Assembly (NCBI RefSeq): GCF_006345805.1
Contig: NC_043001.1
Span: forward strand, 54,994,001-55,058,000
Reading direction: 5' to 3'
Source: Octopus sinensis
Lineage: Eukaryota
Length of the DNA: 64,000 bases
Shown here: one piece after another, positions 23,750-35,790 of the stretch
Layout of the letters: each line of letters starts with the position of its first letter
How positions within the stretch are numbered: the stretch's first letter is position 1
The notes under the pieces: model-generated
Told to the model about the DNA's origin: nothing
Databases searched by the model: none
Seen by the model: the letters and a program-made list of their open reading frames with translations, nothing else
Program-made: the position numbers and the translations under genes

Positions 23750-24660
23750 CTATCTGCAGGCTCTTCTTTCGGGTATCACTGGTCCCTTCACAATTCAAGA
23801 GGGCTGTGAAGTTTTTTCTTGGGGTGGGGGGCTTTTTTTTAAAGAATCCTACACACATTCACGGATTGTGTGCGTATGTTCGCAGTAATATAGGATGTTA
23901 CAGAAAGATGAATTCATGAAATGACAGCGATGGCAATGTACTCCAACTATTGTGTTTACTTCCCTTGTTCGCCGAAGCCCCACGGTTGGGCAGGGATTCA
24001 AACAGCCCATTGCATGATGACATAGATCGCCAATCGATTATATTGACTTCGGGACTTGAATGATACTCTATTTTATCGACTCGTGAAGGATGAAGAGAAA
24101 AGCTGATCTCAAGAGGATTTAAACCCAGCACGTTAAGTGTCAAAGCAAATACTACATTAACGACTCTTCCATTGGGCCACCTTCAAGGCTGGCTCGATCT
24201 TTAATCGATGTTAAATATATTCATTTTCGAAACAAGTCGTGGTAATGATAGGACAAGCCATGGGAAGTGTCTAAATGGTCGCTCATCTTGTAGAAATAAC
24301 AACTAAATATCCTCCAAGTTACACCTAAACACCATAAGTGACATATTGGGTAATTAAGCAAAGCTCGAGAAAAGGATTGGAGGACCATGGATGGAGCGTT
24401 TTTGATCATAGTTATGTTCAGTCAGAGCTGAACTGAAAGCTTAATTTTCCCGAATCTGCCATGAACAGAAATTAATTTTTATTCTATCCCCCACCTAATG
24501 AATGATCTAGTAGTAACGGTTGGGCTAAGCTCTGCTGATAAGATCTGATAATACCGAAACGTTTTGATTTTTTTAATAGATTTTAGGGATTGCCTCCCCT
24601 GTTTTGTTGACTCGAATTAATCGTTAATCACTTTTTCATTCTCATTATGAGTAAAATTTC

Positions 24661-24719
24661 ACTTCGATCTATGCCAACAACCAATGATAGTCCATTGGTT
24701 GTTGGCACAGATCGGAAGT
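24661..24719. repeat. Near-perfect inverted repeat (25-26 bp arms, 6-nt loop)
   Basis: acttcgatctatgccaacaaccaatg-atagtc-cattggttgttggcacagatcggaagt. Confidence 0.9.
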
Positions 24720-25100
24720 CCATTACATTGGCCCTGGTATTCCTTTGCCTTAGTCTTTTAAACTTTCTCTCTAGTTCGTAATATTCTCCTCTGTTCATTT
24801 GATATCAATCCCGAGTTACAAATATCCAAGTCTGAATAGAGTAGATTATCACAGAACCAATTAGCTGAAGAATCATTGGTTTGCATCTGGTCATTCTATC
24901 TTGTGCAATGCATTTTTGCAGTAAACATCCCAATTTCTCGTTCCGTTATCGTAGATTTTCTGTTGCTTTGGGGGGCTTTTCTTTAATGAGCTTCTTAACA
25001 TAAATAAAGAGGTTATGGCGAATAAGAAGTAGAAATTCAATATAATGAATACGACTTTATTATATGCTAAATACACAGAAAGTAATTTACAAAAAGAAAG

Positions 25101-25545
25101 TGGCGTGGCTGTGTGGCAAGAAGCTTGCTTCCCAACCACATGGTTCCAGGTTCAGTCCTTGGGCAAGTGTATTCTACTTTAGCCTCGAGCCGACCAAAGC
25201 CTCGTGAGTGGATTTGGTAGTCGGAAACAGAAAGAAGCTCGTGGTATATATTTATATATACTTTATTTAAAAAGCATATTACCCTACCTCCAGTGTCCTA
25301 GCACTATTTTTTCCACCTTCTTTCGCATTTATTGGCTTACTCTGGTCTCTGTTTGTTCTCCCACCATCGCTTGACAACTAATGTTGGTATGTTTACGGCC
25401 CCGTAACTTAGCGGTTCGACAAAAGAGACCGATAGAATAAGTACTAGGTTTACAAAGAATAAGTCCTGGGGTCGATTTGTTCGACTAAAGGCGGTGCTCC
25501 AGCATGGCCGCAGTCAAGTGATTGAAACATGTAAAAGAATAATAG
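25101..25545 (+). mobile_element. SINE family A, near full length
   Basis: tggcgtggctgtgtggcaagaagcttgc...ggttcagtcc...ccttgggcaagtg...gcggtgctccagcatggccgcagtc. Confidence 0.85.
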
Positions 25546-25608
25546 CAAAACACATGGAAATTCCATAGTTCTTTTGAAAACTAAGATGATTGGAGATTTA
25601 TAGAGAAT

Positions 25609-25644
<36 letters not shown>

Positions 25645-25654
25645 TCTTTTTCTC

Positions 25655-25985
25655 TCTTGTGTGGTGATTAGGGCAGCGAACTCGCGGTTGTGGGATCGCG
25701 GTTTCGATTCCCTGACCGGGCGTTGTGAGTGTTTATTGAGCGAAAACATCTAAAGCTCCACAAGGCTCTGGCGGGTGACGAACCCAGCTATACTCTTTCA
25801 CTACAACTTTCATTCTTTCTTCTTGTTTTTGTTGTACCTGTATTTCAAAAGGCCAACCTTGTTACACTCTGTCTCGCTTAATCTCCCCCGAGAACTTGCA
25901 CTTGCACGTTAATTTCACGAGAAGGCTGTTCCGTTGATCGGATCAATTAGAACCCTTGTCTTCGTAACCGACGGAGTGCCACGAT
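25655..25985 (+). mobile_element. tRNA-derived SINE family B variant
   Basis: gtggtgattagggcagcg...gcggtttcgattccc head; tail shared with 10475-10790. Confidence 0.7.
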
Positions 25986-26769
25986 GTATGTGTGTGTATA
26001 TATGTACAGCATTTTTAGTTTATATACTATGATCCGCTTCAAAAATACTTTAAATATGTTTAATTAATTCCCATTCTTACTCAGCCTTTCACTAGTTAGA
26101 ATTTTCTCTCTCTCCCTCTCTTTGCATTTCTACCCTCTGACGTTTCAATATAAACATCATCATCACCACCACTAATACTCGCTAAACAAATTAGCCATAT
26201 TATTTCTCTTTAACGCTGTACCTTTAAAGCATTATAGAATTCATTTTCATTCTTTCTTTTTCCTTTTTTCGTGGCCTTAGCTTCACTTTCAAATATGGCC
26301 TGTGATAAGGCTAGAGTACTCTGGCTGCATTATTTTCTGTGCTTGTTCTGTCATTGGTGGACCCAAATAGTTTAGGGACAACCAGTGAATAAATTACGCC
26401 CAGAACTATCGCGGGCTTGTCAGATAACAAATACTAAAATGAAATGCGGATAATATTCACAAGAGTAAACATTGAGTTATAAAACTTTTTGATGGGCAAA
26501 GTTGAAAGCTGCCAATGGAACTCGAACACATATATTTCGTGTTTACATAATATGTAGGTCCCAGTTCCACCAGTAGCCTTCGATTTTTTTTCTATCCAAG
26601 GGTTTTTAATGTACTATTTACACACTATTTATAGCTTATCTATTTCGAGTTCTCCCGTTAAAAGCAATTTATTTCGCGTCTCTCGTTGTTTCTATATTTT
26701 TATGACATTATTTCATTTAATGCATCTGCCAGTGTCGATAATGAAAGGGGGTTGAACACATCATACAGC

Positions 26770-27055
26770 ACCCCTCTCGATATAGCGGAGAAAAAAAATC
26801 GGATACTGTTGGTGAAGAGATCATAACTCCAGTAATTGCAGGTGTGATTAAAAACATAACGAAGGAAGACTTCCTACCTCTTCTAAAATGCATGCTGTTG
26901 AGTGCGAATACAATGCAATGTCGTCGAAGATATGGAAAAAGGCTTGATATTTGATCTTCCGCATTTTCTGTTTTCCATGCAACGCGATGAATCTGCTATC
27001 AACAGTTCAATATGTTTGTTACTTGCATGAGGTATCATAATCCAAACTTAAAGTG
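26770..27055 (+). mobile_element. hAT (Buster/SCAND3-like) transposase fragment, frameshifted
   Basis: DTVGEEIITPVIAGVIKNI...CMLLSANTMQCR then EDMEKGLIFDLPHFLFSMQRDESAINSSICLLLA; matches the Buster-type TIGEELILP...PLSNNTV..R...FSLQLDES pattern. Confidence 0.65.
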
Positions 27056-27074
27056 CATTACTATTGAGTTTCTA

Positions 27075-28380
27075 TTTGCCAGGAGCAAAGATTAATCGGG
27101 AAAAGTCAGTCGGCTTGCAGCTCGGCACCTGGAGAGGCAAGTCGATGCCTCCTGGCAGCGTCGTGGGACGTTGGACGGAGGGTCCGATTAAGTTGCTAGA
27201 GGTTTGGTTTGGTTTGGTCTGGACCTCCAAATAGAGAAGAATTGGGCTGAGGTATCGAGCAGGGTAACCCACATAGTCAAGACCTGGACTTCGCAGTGGC
27301 TGTCCCTGAAAAGGAAGGCGGAGGTAGCCAATATGTTCATCGCATCGATCATCACCTACCGCTTAACTGTCGTTCCTTGCCCTGATTCGTGGTTAATCAA
27401 GCCGGAAAGACAGCTCTTCCGCTTGTGAAACGTTCTGTTTGCTACCAACAACCGTTAACGAGTGGACTAGGGATGCCTTGGCTGTTGATGCGCTGAGGTT
27501 GAGGCATCTGTGGCTCCACCTGGATGGTGAACGGGTGTGGTCTCTGCTTGCGAAACAGATGTTTCCCAAGTTCAGTTTCGGTGGATGGGAAACCTGGTTC
27601 TATCGTAAATCGAAGTTGGGTACATGGTTCCTGCTATTCCGCCGTTCGGGCAATGCCTGTAGTAGTTTTTTAACCGCATTTTTCTATAGAGGCGGAATGT
27701 GAGGATAACCTTAGGTGAGACCCAAGGTCCCGACGATAATCAGCTGGCCAGTCTGTTCCAACGTACATTCAGGCCAAAGACCCTGGATAACTTTCAGAAG
27801 TCATTAGCAGGCAATGTTACCGAGGAGCCTTAACTGTTCGGGACAAGCTCACAAGGTATGGCAGCCTCGACCACTCAACCTGTCCAAGATGTGGGCAGGA
27901 TAGGGAAACCGTACGGCATGCTATTGTTCAGTGTCAGATGTGTGGGTTTGTGTGGAATAACTGTTGTCAAGTACAGAAAGAGAACGGCAATCGACTGAGT
28001 CTATTGTAAAAATCGACCCACCGGATTTCCTATCAAAAGAAGCTAAGATTAGTTTTCTCGTTGTAGTAGCAATTGCGAGAAAGCTGATTTGGAAGACGAG
28101 ATTGAAAGGCTTAAAGTCAGGCATCTTCATCTCAGGCCCTGCATTGGTGAATTACTTCACCTTCCACCTTTAAAAGAAAATAGGACTAGAAAGGAGATGC
28201 CTGTCTGTGAGAATGTTCGAAAATCGATGGAAGAATGTTGCACGAATGCTGAGTATGAATGTAACCAAATGAATGCGACGCAGGACGTGTCCCAGGCATC
28301 AGTGGTGGGGCGGGGCTCGTGGGGTCCGAATTAAACCCGCCCCATCTGTTATGTCTTCCGATCTGTCCTATCATTCGATT
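27075..28380 (+). mobile_element. Tx1/L1-clade LINE 3' portion (end of RT to zf-RVT), degenerate
   Basis: GAKINREKSVGLQLGTW, DLQIEKNWAEV..W...LSLKRKAEVAN...YRLTVVPCP, DNFQKSLA, CPRCGQDRETV; related to 110-1100. Confidence 0.8.
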
Positions 28381-29661
28381 TCATTATATTTTGATAAATT
28401 TTAAAATTCATATGTATGTTAAAATTCATTCGTTCTTCTGACCCCAAATCAGATTGTGCTGTCCCCATCTTTGTTGAGCCCTTGTAGGCAATATAAAATC
28501 AGATTTTTCATTTGCCAAACTCCTTAAAGGCGTAGAAAAAAATTGACACAAATTTTCGATGTTTGAATATTTGAAGAAATAATGATTCTCCTGAAATAAT
28601 ACAATAGTTGCTATCGTTTTAAAGGATTTGCTATCATACTCAAGGTAAAGGTCCCTGATATATTTATATATTGTTTGTTGTATATTATACATACACCAGC
28701 TTATATCCGAGAAACTAAATGGTAAACTGTGCGTTAGAAGTGCGTATTAGCTTATTCAATAAAATCAAAGCACATCCTCGCAATCCACGACTGTTTGTAA
28801 TGTTGATGAACCTTTTAATCTATTGTTGAGGTAAGTTAGTTCTGAAGAGGTAATACATTACAAAAACTTGACATGCATGACTCAGCTGTGACGTTTCATG
28901 CCGAATTGAAAAGCATAACAAGCGTTCGTCAGACCTAGACTCGAGCTATAATGAAGTGCAAAAACGTTTGTTAGAAAAAAAAGATGTCACTACTATTCAT
29001 GTTCGAACAAGTTTAATAGGCTTCCCAAGTCAAAATAGATTTATTTAAATCCACATTGGCTCCTACAGATTTAAAGTATTTTTGAAATTTAGTGCAATTG
29101 GAAGAAGTAGAAAATATTTCAGGTCCTGGACTACATACATAAAAAGTTTTTTAAAAATTGAAGAAAGATTTTAAAGTGTTTAGAACACCTGACTACACTG
29201 TGACACCATCTGATTAGAAAATAAAGAATGCGGATATTGAATGTCAACTTACAAGATACTCATTAATGTGTATATGGATTTTGAAGTTTAATCATTTTCC
29301 AAAAGTGCCAGTTGGTACAACGTAGTTAATGCTATCAAATTACTCAAGTTTATTGTAGAGGTTGGACCATTTTCCTTAAATACTCTAGTTTGAATATAAT
29401 CGGAGTTGGTTTGAGCCATGTAAATAGAGACTAATAAAACAGAGAAACAAACTGAACCTAGAAGGGTGTGGTGATTAACACATAAAATTCACTAATCTCT
29501 AACCAAATAACAATACTTTTGGTAATGTACCTCAAACACATTTCTTTGATTTATGATGTTAATTGATTCGATACAGAGGTATGTTAATATAGTTTAATGT
29601 TTTGTATTATCTATGTTATTTAGTGTCAAATTCTACATAATTAATGTTAGGTTCAGTCGGA

Positions 29662-30005
29662 TAAGGCGGCGAGCTGGCGGAATCGTTAGCACGTCGGACA
29701 AAATGTGCCGGTCTTTACGTTCCGAGTTCAAATTCCACAGAGGTCGACGTTGCCTTTCATCTTTTTGGAGTCGATAAAATGAGTATCAGTTGAGCACTGG
29801 GATCGATGTAATCAACTTATCTTCCTTCTTCCAAAATTTGAAACCAATATTAGGGCAGTCGGATACAGTGCCCTTTACGTTCTGAGTTAAAATTCCACCA
29901 ATGTCAACTTCGTCTTTTTGAGGTTAATAAAATAAAGCACCAGTCAAGTACTGGTGGCTGGTTTAATCTATTGTTCCTTTCCTCTTAACTTCCTGGTTTC
30001 CCCCC
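29662..30005 (+). mobile_element. SINE family C, one full copy plus a partial tandem copy
   Basis: aaggcggcgagctggcggaatcgttagcacg...tacgttccgagttcaaattcc...gaggtcgac; repeated from 29855. Confidence 0.8.
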
Positions 30006-30324
30006 TTTATTAGAAACACTTATCAAATGCGTGAAGTGCTTGTCCATTCATGCAGACACACTGGTACGGGCATTTGTTCAATACGTGCAACCTAGGCTCT
30101 TTAGTTGCACGCCCAACAGGAAAAGAATATTGGTGAGCATCCACGCAAGCAGAGGCAGGTTGCTCATGCAGGGAATACAATGACTTCCCATTGGGGCGGG
30201 GGAGCAATGTGAGGCTGAGGGGGTCATATTTGAGGCTGTGGTGGTATCCAGCCCTAACAACTAGAGTAATAACAGGATCACATTGGCCACAGCGGAGGCG
30301 GCGGCAACGCTTTAGCCAGTAGAA

Positions 30325-30640
30325 CATCCAAGGTCTTATTTAAACGGAAGCGGAGGATGCAAGCTTTGTATAGCAAAGCAGGCGAAAATCCTGAAAGACC
30401 AGCTTGATCCGGAGAGGCTCTTAAACTCTAGAAACGAGATCTATAGCCTCTGTCTACATTTTAGTCGCAACCTGCTGCAGGCGTAGGATTTCCTGTTCGT
30501 CGAGTAGGACGGTAAAAAATATTTGCGGAGCGGAACCAACCTAAGGGCGGAGATTCTTCGTGCACTGGTTAGGACTATAAGATTTTGATGACCAGACCGA
30601 TCTAAACGTAATAACCCGTCCCGTTTAGGGCTCAAACAGT
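30325..30640 (+). mobile_element. Penelope-like element C-terminal end (post GIY-YIG) with a decayed pLTR/hammerhead motif
   Basis: RSYLNGSGGCKLCIAKQAKILK...RLLNSRNEIYSLCLHFSRNLLQA* resembles the PLE terminal CxLC..EK...LNxRxE..C.H motif; ttgatga-ccagaccgatct-aaacgt at 30585-30609. Confidence 0.6.
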
Positions 30641-30822
30641 ATAGAATATTATTTTGTTTGCAAATTGACTAACCATAATAGTTTTCTACCTCCAGTTTGA
30701 AGAAACTATATACTCGCAGCCATTGGAGACTGATGAGTCGTCTATAAGCTAAGCGGTTTATGGATGCGAAACCATTGGTCACCCAATGACCGAACATACA
30801 TTTTACTTCATGTAAATACATA

Positions 30823-31115
30823 TAGGAGCAAGAGTGGCTGTGTGGTAAGTACCTTGCTTACCAACCACATGGTTCCGAGTTCAGTCCCACTGCGTGGCTC
30901 TTTGGGCAAGTATTTTCTACTATAGCCTCGGGCCGACCAAAGCCCTGAGTGGATTTGGTAGACGAAAACTGAAAGAAGCCCGTCGTGTATGTGTGTGTTT
31001 GTGTGTCTGTTTGTCCCCCACCATTGCTTGACAACCGTTGCTGTACGTCCCCGTCACTTAGCGGTTCGACAAAAGAAACCGATAAAATAAGTACTAAACT
31101 TACAAAGACCCCAGT
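30823..31115 (+). mobile_element. SINE family A (3' end joined to an inverted SINE C)
   Basis: ggagcaagagtggctgtgtggtaag...ttcagtcccactgcgtgg...aagcccgtcgt. Confidence 0.85.
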
Positions 31116-31261
31116 GCGTAACTGGTACTTATTTAATCGACCCTGAAAAGATAAAAGGCAAAGTCAACTTCAGCGGAATTTGAACTCAGAACGTAACGGC
31201 AGACGAAATGCGGCTACGCATTTCGCCCGGCGTGCTAACGATTCTGCCAGCTCGCCGCCTT
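31115..31261 (-). mobile_element. SINE family C, young copy
   Basis: ggaatttgaactcagaacgtaacggcagacgaaat...ctgccagctcgccgcct; CpGs intact. Confidence 0.85.
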
Positions 31262-31289
31262 TGTATTACTTTTGATATTAAGAGAAATT

Positions 31290-31500
31290 AAGAGGCAGAA
31301 TCATTAGCACACTGGACAAAATTTTTAGTAGCATTTGTTCCTCTTTACATTCCAAGTTCAGATTCCGCTTAGGTCGACTTGGCCTTTCATCCTGCCAGGG
31401 TCAATAAAATAAATACCAGTTGAGCACTGGGGTCGATATAATAGACTTTAACCTCCCCACCACCACCACACCGAACTTGATAACCTTAAAATTAGAAAGA
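31290..31500 (+). mobile_element. SINE family C
   Basis: aggcagaatcattagcac...gtcgacttggcctttcatcc...taccagttgagcactggggtcgat. Confidence 0.75.
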
Positions 31501-31565
31501 ATATTAAGATAAATTCAAGATACAGAAAAAGAATATGAAACAGTATTGATAAAGGCTTATAACAT

Positions 31566-31571
31566 TTTATT
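31566..31571 (-). terminator. VPS36: Candidate distal VPS36 polyadenylation signal AATAAA
   Basis: Plus-strand tttatt about 945 nt downstream of the stop. Confidence 0.4.
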
Positions 31572-31769
31572 GAAACAGTGTATTAGTGACAACACATAGG
31601 ATTGTGTTGTGTGACATTAAATAGGTAAAAAAAGATCAGACAGCATGAGAACTGTCATCACATAGGATGAACCTCATAACAGAGGAATATTATATAAAGG
31701 TGTTCTATAAACATTTCAATTATTGTGACATCACACACATTCATCTACAGACATTTTGAGCCATTGGTG

Positions 31770-31970
31770 GAGCCTATACATAGACAATCAACCTGCTTGA
31801 AATCTCTAAACCTAATCTGCCTCAAATTACAAACTGACATCTTAAAAAAAACAATGCTAGATAATGTAGTTCCACATACATAGAAAGACAATAGCTACAA
31901 TTTTTTTGGTCGTAGGTCTGCTTTCTGAGGGTTGATTTGGGGGTTAAACATCAGCAGCAATCACTCACAC
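31770..31970 (+). repeat. Interspersed repeat family D (~200 bp, (CAA)n-like tail)
   Basis: acctgcttgaaat...cctcaaat...ataatgtagt...taggtctgct...ggggttaaacatcagcagc. Confidence 0.55.
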
Positions 31971-32380
31971 AAAAACATGCTTTAGCAACAATCATTCACA
32001 CAAATATATGCTTTGGTAACATTCTAACTACACCCTGGTTCCCTCCTTCTAGCCTTCATATGTCTTGTAGAAGATCAATCTTGGCATCAGCTGCACAAAT
32101 TCCAACAGCCTAGGAGTGTTTGAAAAGGTCAATGACATTGCTCTTTCCTGTTTTGACTAGTATTTAGAAAAACATGGACAATAATGATTAACTATGCTTG
32201 GGAAAACAAAAAAGACAGGTTGATCATGGATGGAATGTCACTGATCATGACACTATTCGATAGGAGTTGACCTTGAACTATACAGCAACAATACAAACAA
32301 TTTCATTAAGGTTTCAATACATGGGACTTGTATAGACTAATAACACTGAAATGCTGTTACAACTGCATACATGGTACATT

Positions 32381-32386
32381 TTTATT
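32381..32386 (-). terminator. VPS36: Candidate proximal VPS36 polyadenylation signal AATAAA
   Basis: Plus-strand tttatt about 125 nt downstream of the stop. Confidence 0.45.
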
Positions 32387-32510
32387 AAATACAGCATAAT
32401 GCAAACAAGACACAGAAATAAACATGGTTGATTGAATGCTTATAGTATAAACAGACATGGATAATTCCATATTAGGTAAATGTATCAAATCAGAATGCAG
32501 TATCCTTGGC

Positions 32511-32610
32511 TCAGCTCATCTCATTGTTGAGAAAGTTGTTTGGGTAAAATCTCAGACCTTCAATAGATTCATCTCGACAAATCCCACCAAACTTTTCTGT
32601 GAAAAGCAAT
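32511..32610 (-). CDS. VPS36: VPS36 last coding exon: (R)[32 protein letters not shown]
   Basis: Matches the VPS36 C-terminal [14 protein letters not shown] motif; tttcag acceptor, phase 2. Confidence 0.95.
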
Positions 32611-32689
32611 CTGAAATAGAAAGAAAGAAAATTAAAGCAAAAATGTAATTATTGATTTTGTTTCAACTAGGTACAAAAACTGCATGGTG

Positions 32690-33060
32690 TTCTTATCTTG
32701 CATCAAGCCAACCTTGTTCAAGCAGACCAATGATCAAAGATGTTCTGGCCATGACCATCCAGTCTTTTGTATATCAAGGAGTACATTTTCAAATATTTCC
32801 TTTAAGACTGTATGATATGAGTTAAGGGAAATTTGGCTACTATTTCAAGCAGGTCAAGTAAGAACATAGAGGCTCCTTTGATGTTGTTTAGCCCCAAGCA
32901 AACTCTGATTGATGTATGACCAAGGGAGTTCCAAATATGACCATCCAGTCGTTTTTACATATCTAGTAAAAATTTATCTGTGTTCTTTTTTTTTTTCAAA
33001 GGTGATAGAATGTTATCTGAAGGTTATTAGGTTGCTATTTCTGGTAATCTGTGCAGTCAT
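32690..33060 (-). repeat. Two tandem copies of repeat family D
   Basis: agcagaccaatgatcaaag...atgaccatccagtc...tttggctactatttcaagcagg, repeated. Confidence 0.6.
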
Positions 33061-34274
33061 ATACAAGCTCCTTCATTGGCTGTTTTAAGTGGAAATATGA
33101 ATGGTCTAATAAGATTTTCTTTTAATGTAAATTAATATTAAACATTTGAGCCAACCTGAGACCAATAAAAGCAAAAAGCTCATTGATGAAAGCATTGACT
33201 CAAACTGAAGCATATTGCAATGCTAGACAGTAGTATAACCTATCCTGCAAGCACTAAGTGACTGATAAATTATCTCATAGGGATAAAATATTACAGTTGT
33301 TAAATATCAGAATAGATTTATAGTTCCTCATTTGAGGAATGGTAAGAACTCTATTTGTATAACTGATAATGTGGTCACTTAGCAAGCAGTAAGTAGATGG
33401 CTTGTGTCTTATCAGGAGACCTATCTAAAATTGTTATTTATGAAATAAAAAGTTCAGAATCATTTTTCACCCACCAAACTGCATCAGTGATGTAAAAGTA
33501 CTCATCCCTTTAATGCTTAATTTATGGTTAATAGTGTCAAAAGATTTTTATAATTTTATATCTATCACTAATATTTTCCCTCGCCCTGGCACTGATTATG
33601 ACTGCCTTTAAAAAAGCCACAATCAGCTAAATAATTGGCTGGCTGGCCGATAGTCTGCTAGTTCAGGTTTTGTTGTAGATACTGCAGTCTTAACAATTAA
33701 TGATAATCACAAGCAGGAAGGTATAAAGCATTGTTGCTAAGTAGTAATAGCACTGGAAAATCATTGCAATGTTGAGTTCACATTCTTCAGACATGAGCAC
33801 TAACATGATGGTCCTCACTTTCAATTTTGTGACCACCACTCTTTGATGGATTTCAAAAGAAATTACTTGCCTTACACATAAGATCATAATTCCCATTACA
33901 CACAGAGTCAATCACTCAATGCTTCTCCCTCAGCAAGAAACTGGTTTCTTGTAGAGGAGACATATAGCAGCTCACATTATACAAGAGGTGGAATAATTGA
34001 TGTGATTTGGAAAGAAACATAAAATGGCGGTGACAAGGTATCAGGGTAAGCTCTGAAGGGTAGAAGAACAACAAGGGTAGTTTGGGTAGAGTAGCAAGAG
34101 AGTATGGAGAGAGCGAAGGATGGTAAGAGATGGAGGTGAGATTCAGAATGATGAACAAGGGTTGAAGTGGTGGGTAGAGTTAATGATAAATATGAGTTAG
34201 TGGGAAGATCAGGGGGATTTGGTGCTGATTGACAATATAAGACAATGAAGAGGAGCAGTATAATAATAACAATA

Positions 34275-34475
34275 ATAATGGTTTCAAGTTTTGGCATAAG
34301 GCCAGCAATTTTGGGGGAAGGACTAAGCCAATTAAATCAAACCCCAGAGCTCAACTGGTACTTATTTTATCAACCCTGAGAGGATGAAAGGTAAAGTCAA
34401 CCTCAGCAGAATTTGAACTCAGAACATAAGGACTGGCAAAATGAGGCTAAGCATTTCACCCAGCATGCTAACGAC
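34275..34475 (-). mobile_element. SINE family C, CpG-decayed
   Basis: ggtttcaagttttggcataaggccagcaatttt...ggtacttattttatcaaccc...gaatttgaactcagaac. Confidence 0.8.
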
Positions 34476-35269
34476 AATGATAATAACAACACAGTAGACA
34501 GCAGAAAGACGGGAAAATGGGAGATAATGTGTAGTCAGGTTGCATGATTGTGCGTAGAGAAAAAGAGCAAGTGCATATGGAAAGTGAGAGATGTATGGTA
34601 ATATGGGCAAGTCAAGAAGAAGAGGTTCAATTGAGAAGGAGAGATAATTTGGTAGCAAAGATGGTAGCGTGATCAATGTAAAATGTGAGTGGAGAGGAAC
34701 AATATTAAAAAAATGGAAGAAGGTTGTCAAGTGAAGTGGTTCTAGATAGTGAGAAAGATAACTGGCATCATAATTGAAAAGATATACAGTTCTGCTCTCA
34801 TTTAATTACAGCAGCAGAATACTACAGCTAAACAGGTGAATGATAAAAACACATTAACAAGAAATTACTGACAAACTGCTATATCAAACTTAAGCACCCT
34901 GTGGTATTTATTCCACCAAGTTGTACAGACATTCCTTTATCACACTTGCCATAGAAAATGCAATGAACCAATGACTGGGCCTTTGGAAATCTATGACTAA
35001 TGACACAAATACAGGATATTTAATGAAAAAGTAAACAGAATAATTTAGAACTTACATATTATTGTTGAAAAGATACAAGTGCATAAAAGTCTAAATAGTA
35101 GATGTTAAGTAGGTATATCTCACTAGTGTATCAACATGTACATGGTACATCAAATGGTATATTCCATTACACTGGTTATGCTGTGAGGGGTATCTGGGTA
35201 TGCCACAGATTTTTTAAAAATATAAATTTTAGGAGGTCCATACTAATGACTGAGAATCTTAAAAAAGTA

Positions 35270-35790
35270 TATTATTCATGATTTTGTTATACATTTTATG
35301 ATAAATAATATAAAGCAACCAAAAGATTTCGATGTTTTTTCTAAATTTTTGGAAAGACTTCCGAAAACCTTTTTCCCCCATGTCGCCCACCCATCACCAC
35401 ACCACTTCCAAAGTTTCACTTTTAGAGTCGCAGTCAACGCTTGCGCAATGGCGAAAAGGGTTTCAAAACTTCCTGTTAATGCCATAGACTACAAGGAGAG
35501 GAGGAGGGGTATAATTCTGTATTTTTCTGCATATTTAAAGAAAAAATTTCTGAAAAACGTAAAAAATGAAGAACTTAGAGTGGGGGGAATTTAAAAATGT
35601 CGATTTTTGGCATTTTTCCGGAATCCCCGTTGCCAAAAATGTTGGTTTTTGGGAAAAAAATAAAAAATTGGGAGATATTGGTGGGGGACAGGCATAAGTG
35701 TTTCCAAATTTTTAAATATAAAATATAGCTGTTTTCTTTTTTAATTTCCATGCACCAATAATTTTTGTGCTTCAAAATCAAAAAAATTGG
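35270..35790. mobile_element. Unclassified CpG-retaining insertion, probable non-autonomous DNA element
   Basis: Composition distinct from the intron; tgattttg...caaaatca short inverted ends; family not recognised. Confidence 0.35.
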
